Source: Takakia lepidozioides (Eukaryota; Plantae; Bryophyta). Taken from it: DNA of 64,000 nt. This document shows, piece by piece, positions 12,791 through 24,344 of the stretch. The translations under genes and the position numbers were made by a program. The notes under the pieces are model-generated. The model did not search any database and was not told where the DNA came from. It worked only from the letters and a program-made list of their open reading frames with translations. Within the stretch, counting starts at the first letter, position 1, and every line of letters begins with the position of its first letter. The stretch spans positions 12,276,001 through 12,340,000 of the forward strand of contig CM060733.1 of NCBI GenBank assembly GCA_030704615.1. Direction: 5' to 3'.

Positions 12791-13278
12791 GTCTCAGTCA
12801 AGTTCAGATACTGATTACTATATGATGTCAGATGATACTAGAATTTTTGTTTGATTTTGCAACTTTAAAAAAGTTTAAATGCTCATCTTGCATAGTCATA
12901 CATAAAAAACAAGCGGCTAGTTGTGTAATGGCTCCACCCTAAAGTTATATAAATTATTCTTAATGAACGATGATATAATACAAGCGATTGGGTAGTTTAA
13001 AACCCATAAATATTGGGTTATGATTCAATAGTTCCAAATATAATGCATTCTTGATTTTTGTGTGAGGTATCTGAATAAAGATGTGAATCTTACTATACAA
13101 AGTACTAACATTTCATGTGATAGATATTCATGAATTATTGTACTGAAATGGAGAATATTGTTATCGTTATGTGGCATTTGCAAAAAATATATAGAATAAA
13201 ATACACACATAATATTGAAGCAGATAGCATAACACAACAAATAAATAATGGGTCTTTCTCCATTCTCTTAAAAATAAA

Positions 13279-13314
<36 letters not shown>

Positions 13315-13452
13315 GAATCAACAAACAATAATATATCCATGTGGTTAGGACTACACAAAACTGAAATGCTAGTGCTGGCGGTCCTGATAATAATGAATTA
13401 AATGCAAGGAACAAATGCGAAAAGATTATATATATATATATAAATATAAATA

Positions 13453-13668
13453 TAAAGGAAACCTAGGAGCGACAGCCCACAATTCAGGCCCTTGAGGAGG
13501 GAGAAAAATTAACCCCTTCATTTATGGATGATGAGGCCTACAGGACGATCAACGCCCATACATACCGTCAAGAACAATCCCACACACGGGGCAAGGGCAG
13601 TGGGTTTGAACCCCGAACCACCAAGGCGACACACTGTGCACTTACCAGCCGAGCTAGCAGCCGATGTG
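13453..13668 (-). mobile_element. tRNA-derived SINE, family A copy 1
   Basis: Minus strand: A box TAGCTCGGCTGG, B box GGTTCAAACCC, AT-rich tail at ~13427-13452. Near-identical copy at 46643-46859. Confidence 0.85.
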
Positions 13669-14104
13669 TGATAAATGGAATTGGAGAGATAAATCTGAAG
13701 AGAACTGAATATAATGGAATTTAATGTGATAAAATTGAAAGCAACCGAATACAATGGAAGCCATTCTGATAAAAATGAGAGAAAATGAATATAATAGATT
13801 CACTATAGGGATAAATCTGAAGGGATCCAAATATAATAGAATTGTAGAATAAACCTAAAGGGAATTGAATATAATAAATAGTCTATGATAATACAATGGT
13901 AAATGTGTATACGTTGCAAATTCTGAGATTGTAATATTAAGTACTTGAAATTCCATATCTCCCACACCGGACTTAGATGATGTTGGACACTTGGGCCAAC
14001 AACATAGGCTATCCTAGTAGTAATAGTAAATTATATGTTTGGATCAATGAAATGGTGCTCCCATATTATTTGTGTAGATGCTATTTCATGGATATTGTAC
14101 TAGA

Positions 14105-14446
14105 GATATCTGAATTAAAAAATTAACTGAGATTTCTGAAGGACCGGCTAAGAATCTAGTTGTGAACCAAAATCTTGATATTTGCAAAACTGAAAACTGA
14201 AGTCTGTAAAACTAAAAGAGACAAGAATGAACACATATCAATGGTAGTATGCACAATATTATTGTCGAAGTAGTCAGATAAATCTGAATTAAAAAATTAA
14301 CCGAGATTTCTGAAGGACTGACTGAAAATCTTGATGTGAACTAAAAATCTGAAGTTTGCAAACCCTAATACTGAAGTATGTAAAATTGAAAACTGAAGCC
14401 TGTAAGAACACATATCAAATGGCAGCTTATATTGTCAAAGTAGTCA
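14105..14446. repeat. Diverged tandem duplication, ~170-bp unit x2
   Basis: ATCTGAATTAAAAAATTAAC.GAGATTTCTGAAGGAC...GAACACATATCAA...TATTGTC.AAGTAGTCA occurs twice head-to-tail. Confidence 0.85.
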
Positions 14447-15149
14447 TATATTGCAACAAAAAATCTCAAACATTCACAAAAATGGATTACTAAAATCCAA
14501 ACATGTTGTGTGGGTTTATGTAATCATTTTAGTATATGCTAGGACTTACTCAGATTTACTCGGATTTAATTTGACTTCCTACATCTATAGGCTATTTGGT
14601 TTAATGTCGATGCTTCATGCGTGAAGCATTTTCCTTTGGTATCTCTACTTTGTCAAAGTCATTCTTCGCGTGACATCAACCTAGGAACAAAAGTGCAAAG
14701 GCCTGGGAATATGGAGTGGAGAGTGGGCCTCGAGAATTGGCGTGAAACACAATGAAAGCACCACACTCGACCGGAGTGGGGATTTGACAGGCCCACAAAA
14801 CCCTAGCTGAGGTGATAGTACCGGCGAGGCTCCTACACGCGCATTCAACTCCCAGTCTAGTGCAAACCACCATCCATACACACCATCTCATTCATTGTAC
14901 ATTGAACCTATGACTTCACGATTTTTATGCATACAGTTGGCCCTCCATATCTGTTAATATTTGGGAGTAAGAAAACCTGTAACATTTAAAAGATTGTAAT
15001 ACTTCAACGGATACACATTTAGGATCAAATGAAAAGTAACATTTATAAAGTTTACTCTTACATAAGAAACCCTAAAAATCGTCATCATGGCTGATGATCT
15101 ACAGGCAGTGAAGGTTGGAAGAAAGATTCTATACATGTTTGATGTTAAT

Positions 15150-15420
15150 GTGACATTCTCAATATCTCTACACCCTTTGCAAATTTCTCTAATTTGTCTA
15201 CCAAGTGCATGACATCTGCGACCTCTGCTGCAAGAAATGATGCAATGTTTCAAGAGAAACATGTGCATCTTAAAGCCTATTGGGGTTACACTTTGATCAG
15301 TAATTATACATTCACTCTCTTTTTCCACTTCAATAACAGTTGCTTGAGGCCCCAACATCTCAGTGCATCACTTAATAATTTCCTTCACTTAATGTTTGTC
15401 CATTGAAGTCTCTATTATTA
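15150..15420 (-). mobile_element. Possible MULE transposase relic
   Basis: CIITDQ followed, after a frameshift, by AHVSLETLHHFL resembles the MULE IITD..A...VFP...H..C.WH core; highly degraded. Confidence 0.35.
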
Positions 15421-15780
15421 AGCTCCGTTGTATATGCCCACTTGAGTTTATCAGAGACTTAACTTGAGTGAATGAAGAGCACTTTAACACATACACATGG
15501 TCATTATTCAAAGAGGGGAGTAAGTAGTGTCTCACAGTTAGAACTTAACGCTTGCATAGTTCACCCAAGTAGAGGAGTAATAATTATGCTAACACATATA
15601 GTTTTTTAAAGCTTAGAGTGGTAAGGCCTGACTGTAGAGGTGAAGTACTGCATGGAAATACATGGTTTGAAGTATGATGCATTATCATACATAATTATAA
15701 AATTTACCATTCAAGACTTGTGTATGATGAAAACTCATGTATTTTCATGCCTAACCATACATTTTTCACATAGGATGGTA

Positions 15781-15950
15781 TTTGACGCCTCCCGAAGGAA
15801 GCGTAAACTATGGTGTCTTTTCACCCCCGAAGGGTTACTACTGCCTTCCCCTAGGAAGGTGGACACCTTTGTGACACCAAGGGTGGTTTGAACGTTTGAA
15901 CCCACAACCACTTTCGAGGTGGTATGTGCCCATTACCACTGGGCTACAAC
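15781..15950 (-). mobile_element. tRNA-derived SINE-like element, family B
   Basis: Minus strand A box TAGCCCAGTGG (15936-15946) and B box GGGTTCAAACG (15893-15903). Head resembles copies at ~42950-43005, 58510-58573 and ~58850. Confidence 0.65.
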
Positions 15951-15959
15951 TTGGTTGTC

Positions 15960-16180
15960 TTCATGTATGACTATTTACGAAGGTGGGCATCCAAGTATAG
16001 CCACCATGTAACTATTTTCGGCCTATTTTCGCAGGCATGACCATATATTTCTCGTGTATTCTTAGAATTTTTTTGAAGTAGCAAAACCAAAACTTCAGTT
16101 ACTTAGAGGTTAGAATTCGACCCTGCGACCTACGCTTTCAGGCCCGATCGCTGGTACCACTACTGCGTGGATGAAGGGAA
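15960..16180 (-). repeat. Inverted partner of the 12605-12790 repeat
   Basis: Reverse complement reads TGGTACCAGCGATCGGGCCTGAAAGCGTAGGTCGCAGGGTCGAATTCTAACC..TTTGCTACTTCAAAA..GAGAAATATATGGTCAT. Confidence 0.7.
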
Positions 16181-17679
16181 TTGAATGCACACGCGCCGGC
16201 TTGCGCTGCCGGCCATTAATGCGCCGACTGCAGCCGCATCCGTCCGTCCGTCCACGCAGCGTAGGGCCGGTGCTTCCAGTCCTCCTTATTATTGCTGCCC
16301 CCGCCCATTGGTCCCTTACCTTAACCACGCTACCTGCCCTCCTAACCAACGGTCATCAGCCCTCCCATGGTCATACATGCCTACCTCATCGCATCATCGC
16401 CTATTCTACACTTCCACATATATACTAAATAACATATTAGACTATTATTATCGATGTGGCATCCAAGGACTTGTCAGTTCTCAGTGACGTGGCGTAAAGC
16501 ATTCGCCGGCACACATTTCTGACAAGAGTAAAGAGGGCATGTGGCGCAGCCCTAATCATGACTGATCATCTGCCATGTTTACCGTTGTAGCCTGTCATCC
16601 CTTTATTATTTCATTACCAGTTTTTACTCAATATATAATTAACTTCAATAACTAGTAGGCCGTTTATTAACCTACTCGTGGGATTTATTGCATTTTCTCG
16701 ATTACTTTTTTTTTGTTTTTGTTTTTGTTTTGAACTACATTTGAAAGTGATGAAAGTGAATGAATGAATGAGGGTATTAAGTATTAACCCAATATGGTAT
16801 TATGCACAGACAAGCATTACAATAATAAAAACCATCACATCCGTGGCTTATTAATTGTCGGACCCATCATCATCTTAATTTGTCATAGAAGAAGCCATTG
16901 AAAAACAGGGCTCCGACCCCTTTTCTGTAAAAACAAAAAGAAAAAAAAGAAAAAAGAAAAAAGCCATTATCCAGTGATATAGGCGAGTCATGGATGAGTC
17001 CTGGATGGCGGAGCTCATCATCCATGTTCCGTGCGCTAGTAGGTATTTCATTTAACGTGGATGAATGTATTGGGATATTGTGAGGGGGTATATAAACAGT
17101 TGTGGAGAGGGTTGGTACATAACCAAACGTGTACATTCACCAACCTTGTAAGTACTCCACACCCAACCATTCGAGGACGCTCTGGGGGATGAATGATGTT
17201 CGGTTGCGTCCACCTCCTAAGGGACGGATGAGAAGTTATCAAATTCAAATGCAAAATACTAGATGCTAGGTGGTAGTAACTTAGTAAAACATTTAAAATA
17301 AATAAATTTAGGCAGGGTGATGAGCAGTGGTTTCTTTTCAAATTTGAAAAATATCAGGATACATACATCAGTGTATTTACGATCAGTGTATTTATGTAGT
17401 ATACCTTATAATACTTTATACTACATATTATAATAGAGTATACTTTCTGTAGTCAAAATATTTATAAATAAGTACAGTATTTATCTACATAAATACATTA
17501 GATAAATACACTGAAATTTGGATAGAATCATCCTCCTCTGTACTTTCATCATATCATCCATATTTGGCAAATTCATTTTATATTTTATTTGGAGAAGTTT
17601 GACGATTTCATCCATGAGAAAAAAGGAATTTTTGACAATTCCATTTCATTTCTTGAGGTCGAAACATTACGAAAATTCG

Positions 17680-17851
17680 CCAGAAATAAAAACATGTCTT
17701 GTCTTGAAGCATTGTCCTCAATCAGCCGGCTCCATGGCCGGCACTCCATCAGAGGTTATTTTTTTCCTCTTGTAATTCTCGCACATTCAGGTCCTTATCT
17801 ATAAAGCTTTGACGCCTCCGTCCCTCTTCTAAAACAACAAAAAAAAGAAAA
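17680..17851 (+). repeat. Repeat X (3' part plus A-rich tail), homologous to 46860-47010 (-)
   Basis: Shared blocks AATAAA(AA)(C/G)ATGTCTT, CTCCA..GGCC, TCCTCTTG and TATAAAGCTT(C)TGA(C/G)GCCTC(C/T)GTCCCTCTT. Confidence 0.6.
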
Positions 17852-17854
17852 CCA

Positions 17855-18136
17855 ACTGTACCACCAGTCGGTAGCTCAGCTGGATAGAGCACTGAGTGAC
17901 ACCCAGGTGATTCTGGGTTCAAAATCCTGCTACCTTGTCGGGTGGTGTAATCTTCTCCCCCTTCCCTTGGGCGGGTGTCCCTTTGAGCCTTGTGCTGGGC
18001 CCCCCTCATGGCGAGGTTACTACGAAAGAGGTTATTTTCTCCTCTCACCACAATTAAGGGGCCTGAGGCCTGATTTGTGAACGGTCGCTCCCGGGTATTT
18101 CCCTTTAAAAATAAAAGACAAAAAAAAAAAAAAAAA
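17855..18136 (+). mobile_element. tRNA-derived SINE with a different body but the family-A-type 3' tail
   Basis: A box TAGCTCAGCTGG (~17872), B box GGTTCAAAATCC (~17916), tail CCTCATGGC..GAAAGAGGTTATTTT..GGCCTGATTTGTG..GTCGCTCCCGGG..TTTCCCTTTAAAA, poly(A) ~18120-18136. Confidence 0.8.
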
Positions 18137-18861
18137 CCACATTGAGCATCGTGATGCTAGGCAGCCGTCCGCCGTTGGATGAAAGCATTCATCTGCTCGG
18201 AGTAAGTTTATTGTTTTCTCTTGCATCCAAGGTCCCACCAACTTACCCCTACAGAGTATAGGGTTCATTCTTCATTCTTCCAGTGATGCATGGCCACCGT
18301 ATTTATCACGTATGTATCAGGTATATTCATGTACGTACATAGGTGACATCTAATACATACAGTTCAATAGCGTATATATACAGAGTATAAGTATGCATGG
18401 AGTTGGTGTTTCATATTTAATACATACATTTCATCAGCGTATATATACAGAGTATGTAAGTATGTATGGAGTTGGTGGTCACAGAGTGATGACTGCAGTG
18501 GAGCAGCTGCGTGGGGCTGTGTCGGCTGCATTCTGTTCCTCTCTGTGTCGATGGCTTACTAGCCCGCTTACCGTGCCCGCCCTTCTTTTCCTCATGCCTC
18601 ATGTGAAGCTGGGATGCTGTTGACGGACACCTTGCAGAAGCTACTGCTTGCAGCTCAAGCCTCAGAGCTGCAGATTGTCGAGTATAGAGAGAAAGAACGA
18701 TAGAGAGAGTGGTAAGTTAGCACAGAAAAGGCTGAGGTAGAGCAGATTGAAGTGGAGAGCCGGTAGGGAAGGTGTGAAGGAGATGTACAGCAAGATATGA
18801 ATGCAGCTTAGCAGAGGGAGGACGGCAGGGGAAAGAAGCTTCATGCTGGTTGTTGGGAGAG

Positions 18862-21255
18862 ATGGGGGCGAGCAAGCTACAGTCGAGGTGGGAGATGGCA
18901 TTGATCTGGGGGTTGGTTGTAGCGTCCCTGGCTATGGGGGTCTTAGGGAGCTTACAGTTTCAGCCATCTACCAAACCGACAACGTACATCATTCAGATGT
19001 CGAAGCCTGAAGTGCCTGCTGTGTTCACTACTCATTGTGGATGGTATGCGTCTGTTCTTCAAGCAGTGAAGCTGCAGTCTACGAAAGGGGTTTCGTCATT
19101 GGCAGTGGTGGATGCTGTGGGGCTTGAAAGCGTTCTGCACGTGTATAGCACTGTGTTCCATGGGTTTTCTGCGGTGCTCACGCCGGATGAGGCTGTGGCT
19201 ATGGAGAAGATGCCAGGGGTGCTGGGGTTGTATCCGGATAATGTGAAGCAGCTGCATACTACGCACACGCCTGAGTTCTTGGGGCTCAATGTATCTTGGG
19301 GGCTTTGGCCTGATAGTAATTTTGGGGAGAATGTGATTGTGGGGGTGCTGGACACGGGCGTCTGGCCTGAACGAATCAGTTTTGCGGATCATCTTATGGG
19401 GCCGATCCCGACGAGGTGGAAGGGGGGTTGTGATGTGGGGACTGATTTCAATGCCTCCATGTGCAATAAAAAGTTGATTGGAGCGCGCTACTTTTCCAAG
19501 GGGTATGAGGCAATGACAGGTCCTGTCAATGAGACCTTGGAGTTCAAATCTCCCAGGGACTCCGATGGGCATGGAACTCACACAGCGTCAACAGCTGCTG
19601 GTCGATATGTGTACCGTGCCAGCCTGTTGGGATACGCTGAAGGAGTAGCAAAGGGAATGGCTCCTCGGGGTCGGCTGGCTGTATACAAAGTTTGCTGGGC
19701 CCAAGGGTGCTTTGACTCCGACATCCTTGCAGCCTTTGACCAGGCTGTAGCTGATGGAGTTGATGTCATTTCGCTCTCTGTTGGTGGAGGTGTAGTCCCT
19801 TTCTATCTTGACACCATCGCGATCGGAGCTTTTGGAGCCACTAAAGCGGGAGTGTTCGTTGCTTGTTCTGCAGGGAACTCAGGTCCTGGACCTCTCACAG
19901 TCGCTAATGTCGCGCCCTGGATTACCACCGTCGGGGCTAGTACTCTGGACAGAGATTTCCCTGCTTACGTAGTACTAGATAATGGGGTATCGCTATACGG
20001 GGTTTCCCTCTACAGTGGGAGGGGCCTGGGGCGGATTCCTGTCCCTCTCATCTACTCTGCGAATGCTGGGTTCAAGGGTAATGGAAGCGATACTTACAGC
20101 GCAAGCCTGTGCTTGGCGGGCTCATTGGATCCGAAGCTTGTCGCTGGTAAGGTGGTGCTGTGTGATCGCGGTAACAATCCCAGAGTGGCAAAGGGGGCAG
20201 TAGTGCTGGCAGCTGGAGGCATTGGGATGATCTTGGCTAATACCGAAAGCGATGGGGAGGGCCTGATAGCAGACAGCCATGTGTTGCCTGCAACAGCTGT
20301 GGGATTCAAAGAAGGCAATTCCGTCAAGGATTTCATCTCCACTTCCAAAGCCCCCAAAGCCCTCATACGCTTTGGGGGGACCCAGCTCAATGTCAAGCCT
20401 GCCCCAGTGGTGGCGTCGTTTTCTTCTCGAGGACCTAATTCAGAGAACCCGGAGATTCTGAAGCCTGATGTGATCGCCCCGGGGGTCAACATCTTGGCAG
20501 CTTGGACTGGCTTTACAGGCCCAACTGGTCTGGCCCTCGACAAGAGGAGAGTAGGATTTAACATCATTTCAGGGACATCCATGTCTTGCCCCCATGTAAG
20601 TGGGATTGGGGCTCTGTTGAAGGCAGCTCATCCAGACTGGACTCCTGCAGCCATCAAATCTGCCCTCATGACCACTGCCTCTCTAAGTGACAACACCAAT
20701 TCGATTATGTATGATGAAGCTACTGGGAATATTTCCACCCCCTTTGATTTTGGCGCAGGTCATGTGCAGCCCGACAGGGCTATGGATCCTGGTTTGGTTT
20801 ACGATCTGGTTCCACAAGACTACGTGAACTTCTTGTGTGGGTTGAATTACTCTGCGAAGGCAATACAGTTGATCAATCATGAGCTAAGTGTGTGCCCCAA
20901 AACCGCCCTTCTTCCCGGAGACTTGAATTATCCGTCGTTCTCGGCTGTCTTCGATCAGACTGCCTTGTCGCCACTGTCCACCACTTTCAGCAGGACTTTG
21001 ACAAATGTGGGACCAGCAAAATCCACGTATATGGCAAAAGTTCTGGCTCCGAAGGGAGTGGTGATCGTGGTGAGGCCTTCGACATTATCCTTCAATGCAG
21101 TCAACGAGAAACAGTCCTTCACATTGCATGTGGCGGCTGGGCCTGTTAGTCTTCTTCCTGGGGAGTCGCATACCGTGTTTGGGATTTTGACATGGTCAGA
21201 TGGGGCTCATTTAGTGCGAAGTCCTGTCAGTGTTACCCAGCAACAATCATATTAG
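18862..21255 (+). CDS. Subtilisin-like serine protease (plant subtilase, SBT1-like), intronless
   Basis: Uninterrupted ORF with signal-peptide-like hydrophobic N-terminus, I9 prodomain ending LHTTHTPEFLGL, catalytic Asp (VGVLDTG), His (HGTHTAST) and Ser (SGTSMSCPH), PA domain and Fn3-like C-terminus. First ATG 18862, alternative 18895. Confidence 0.97.
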   Translation: MGASKLQSRWEMALIWGLVVASLAMGVLGSLQFQPSTKPTTYIIQMSKPEVPAVFTTHCGWYASVLQAVKLQSTKGVSSLAVVDAVGLESVLHVYSTVFHGFSAVLTPDEAVAMEKMPGVLGLYPDNVKQLHTTHTPEFLGLNVSWGLWPDSNFGENVIVGVLDTGVWPERISFADHLMGPIPTRWKGGCDVGTDFNASMCNKKLIGARYFSKGYEAMTGPVNETLEFKSPRDSDGHGTHTASTAAGRYVYRASLLGYAEGVAKGMAPRGRLAVYKVCWAQGCFDSDILAAFDQAVADGVDVISLSVGGGVVPFYLDTIAIGAFGATKAGVFVACSAGNSGPGPLTVANVAPWITTVGASTLDRDFPAYVVLDNGVSLYGVSLYSGRGLGRIPVPLIYSANAGFKGNGSDTYSASLCLAGSLDPKLVAGKVVLCDRGNNPRVAKGAVVLAAGGIGMILANTESDGEGLIADSHVLPATAVGFKEGNSVKDFISTSKAPKALIRFGGTQLNVKPAPVVASFSSRGPNSENPEILKPDVIAPGVNILAAWTGFTGPTGLALDKRRVGFNIISGTSMSCPHVSGIGALLKAAHPDWTPAAIKSALMTTASLSDNTNSIMYDEATGNISTPFDFGAGHVQPDRAMDPGLVYDLVPQDYVNFLCGLNYSAKAIQLINHELSVCPKTALLPGDLNYPSFSAVFDQTALSPLSTTFSRTLTNVGPAKSTYMAKVLAPKGVVIVVRPSTLSFNAVNEKQSFTLHVAAGPVSLLPGESHTVFGILTWSDGAHLVRSPVSVTQQQSY

Positions 21256-24200
21256 GTCATTCCTACTTGTCTCTCTCATGGTCTCTCCTCTGGATCCGAA
21301 ACTGTCTGCCAGCTCTGAACATCTCTTTTAGTTTCCTACCTACACGGCCTAGACATTGCGAAACAACACCGTTCGTCTCCACCCCGCATCTGCTTCAACT
21401 CGGCTCTCCACCATCTGTTCTCTGTCTATCATGTCTTCATTAGCTCTCCGGCCAGTGAAACTAACTGTGTAGATGCTGTACAGGGAAAAGTGAGGTTGAT
21501 TCAGAATATGAAAAGAAAAGTAGGGTGGGGGTGGACAGTGAGGAGAGAACATGATAGAGACAACTACTATGTACAGTAGCCCCATATTCAGCAAAGTATT
21601 TTGCTGGATTTTTCAATTTGCCTATTCAGCATGTGAGAGGTGCACCTTCCCACCCAGGCAATACTCTTTGTCTGTCTTGCTATTCTCTTGGTGTGCTGTG
21701 CTTGTCAAAGGAAGTCTTGTGCTGTTAAAGAAGGAGCAATCACTCCTCCTGCGGTAGTCAGCTTTCTGGTTGCCCATAAGTTCCGATTGTGGGGATAGTC
21801 TTCAACCCTGCCCTCCACTCCACTCCCTCAAACACAGACAGGGACATGCTGCATTGGTGATGCTTCCCCTCTTGGCACCGCTCTGTGTAAGTCTTCACTT
21901 GAGTGAGTTGTTGTGTGAAAGGTTTTACGTGACAATCTCACTGCACCTTGGTCTGAGCGATGCCATGTCAGTCAACTTGTACTTCTACGCGGCCTTTGGT
22001 ATTACCCGGTTGATGAATGGTCCATGTTATTGAAATAGTTGTGTTACCTCTCTCTCCTTGGGAACATTTTGTCTTGATGTATGTTGTCAATATCCGCGGT
22101 GTTGGAGGTGTTCAAAGTGAGCTGTTACTCACCCCAATGAACTTGTTACCTGGTGTACTTCCAGCCTACATGCCCTGTCCTACTGCAGCATCAGATTCAT
22201 AGATTCATAGTTCATAAGGGCTGCTGTCATTCCAGGCATGCGCTTGGTCATAGCAGCATCTTAAAAGAAGGCAGGGGCTTATGGGTGCACATTAAGTGGG
22301 GCAGGCCCCACACCTTTGGCAATCACAGACAGTGAAACACATGGGAAGAGAGATTTGAGCAGCTATGGTGGATGAGTATCCATGTCGATCGAAAGGCACA
22401 TGTCAACAAGCTAGATCAACAATGTGCTTGCATGGTTCACTGGCTGCATACTCTTCAGCTCAGAAGCAAACCCCTTAGACATGCAATTCACAGTCCCATA
22501 GCTGTCCTTCACCCCAGCATTCCTGGGCTAACCTCCGCGCAAGATCTTGTTTATTGGCCAAGACCAGGAGTGGCTATTTGCCATCTTCTCTTTTAGTTCA
22601 TCACCAGAATACCTTTTTTCTCTGAGAAAATAATATGGGGCACTTGGGAGGGAAGGTATATTCCCTGTTAACGAAAGAGAGAACAAAGCTGCTGGCACCA
22701 GGATTTCCCGAGTCTGACCTGCTCAAGCTTTTTAGTAAGGAAGACCCGGGTTGAACTCTACAGAGCTGAGTTGGAAAAACCCATCCAACACTTGAAGATC
22801 TGGGATCAGCTCAGCGTCATTAGGGATAAAACAAGGCGTAAGGTTTGTTTGTGAATGCAGTTCTTTCACTCACCTCTGATTAATTGGTTATAAGTCCCTG
22901 TTTGTTCGTGTATTTCGCATGTACTTGGTTGCATACAGTAGCACAAGTGAAAAACATAAAGATGCCAAGAAAACTAGCAATGCAGAAAACTCCAGTCTGT
23001 GACGGCAATGCCTATTACCATTGAATGACTAGCAGCCTGCACAGGAGGTTGCACCTGGTAGCTCCACAACCACGCCTGGTAAGCATGCACCTGGAGATTA
23101 TGTCAGCACCAAAGGGGAACGCAACCTCAATCACCATGTCCATTGACTTGCCACATAAAAGCTATCTGCCAACAACAGATATTAAATTTGAAGTAAATGT
23201 CAGAGCTCGCCCTGGTGATTCTACGGAAATTGAGTGATCCAGTAAAGGAGGCGAAACTTTTCCCCATAAGTCGAATGCAGTTCCATTCAGTGAAATGTTT
23301 GAGCGCGCAATGAACAAGAGAACCCAACAACGTACATCTCTGTCACATCCACACTCTCCTCTCCAATCCTTCCCTCTCCGTCACAACACTCCAACACCCT
23401 CTCATTTCCCTTCCAGAACGAGATTAAGCCGCACACGCACATGCGCACCCTTCTCTCCCGCTCTCGAGTCAGGCCGGCCTTCCACTTGGTACGGGCTCAC
23501 GGAGGACAACACGTGTAAGGAGCAGGGGTCCGGCCAATCCCAGCCAACTTTTAGTCCACTAAGCTTCGCCACGTCGGCAGGAAATGAGCTGTAGCTTATT
23601 TCTTGAGGGAAGGGCGCACATTACAGTTAGTGCACTACTTGAAGGCCTACTTGGAGGGGGATGGGTTGGGAAACCCCTTGTAAACAGCACCCCATGGCAG
23701 ATTTGGGCCCCTGGCATCAATTACTTGGAGATAAATCTAATACAGACTGGGTAGTCAATGTAGGAAAGATCATGCAAAGCCGCCGTTTCACCGGCCGGAG
23801 CTTACATTGTATTGTGCATTGACAGAACATCGACAATATTCGGAGTCTTTCTCAGTGTACAATACAATGTTATGACCTCAAGAAAGTGAAAACTACAACA
23901 CTTCTAAGTACATTGAAACTACACACCACACTGAAAATCGCAACCTGCTCAACTATGATATGTGTACACTTCATTACTAAATAGCTGTGCTGGTTAAAAT
24001 CTTTATGTGGTCATTCGGATCATTCAGAAAATGGAAGTTTCATCAATTTGAAATTTGGGAGGGGTCTGTTTATGACCTTAATACTTCCTGTGACCACTAT
24101 AACTACACTACAATGGTGTTCGCATGACCACTACACTGTGTCCCTTGACTCTTACAGAGTGGTTTCAATTTAGTCTCGGAACAAATCATGATGCTTGACT

Positions 24201-24344
24201 GAAGATAACACATCCGCCGGCGTGTCTAAGCTATGAGACTTCCCTCCTACAAAAAAGTACATACTAGTAGGGAATTGTTGCTCAATGGACCTATATCTAA
24301 GCTGATACCTCAGCCTGTTTTCACATGAATCCTGACACACATGG

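Noticed and set aside
17866-17935. Functional tRNA gene
   Set aside because: A and B boxes are present, but I could not build a proper cloverleaf and it continues into a SINE tail and poly(A). The same applies to 13600-13668 and 46790-46859.
19059-20880. Antisense ORFs over the subtilase
   Set aside because: Shadow ORFs from codon structure of the real plus-strand gene.
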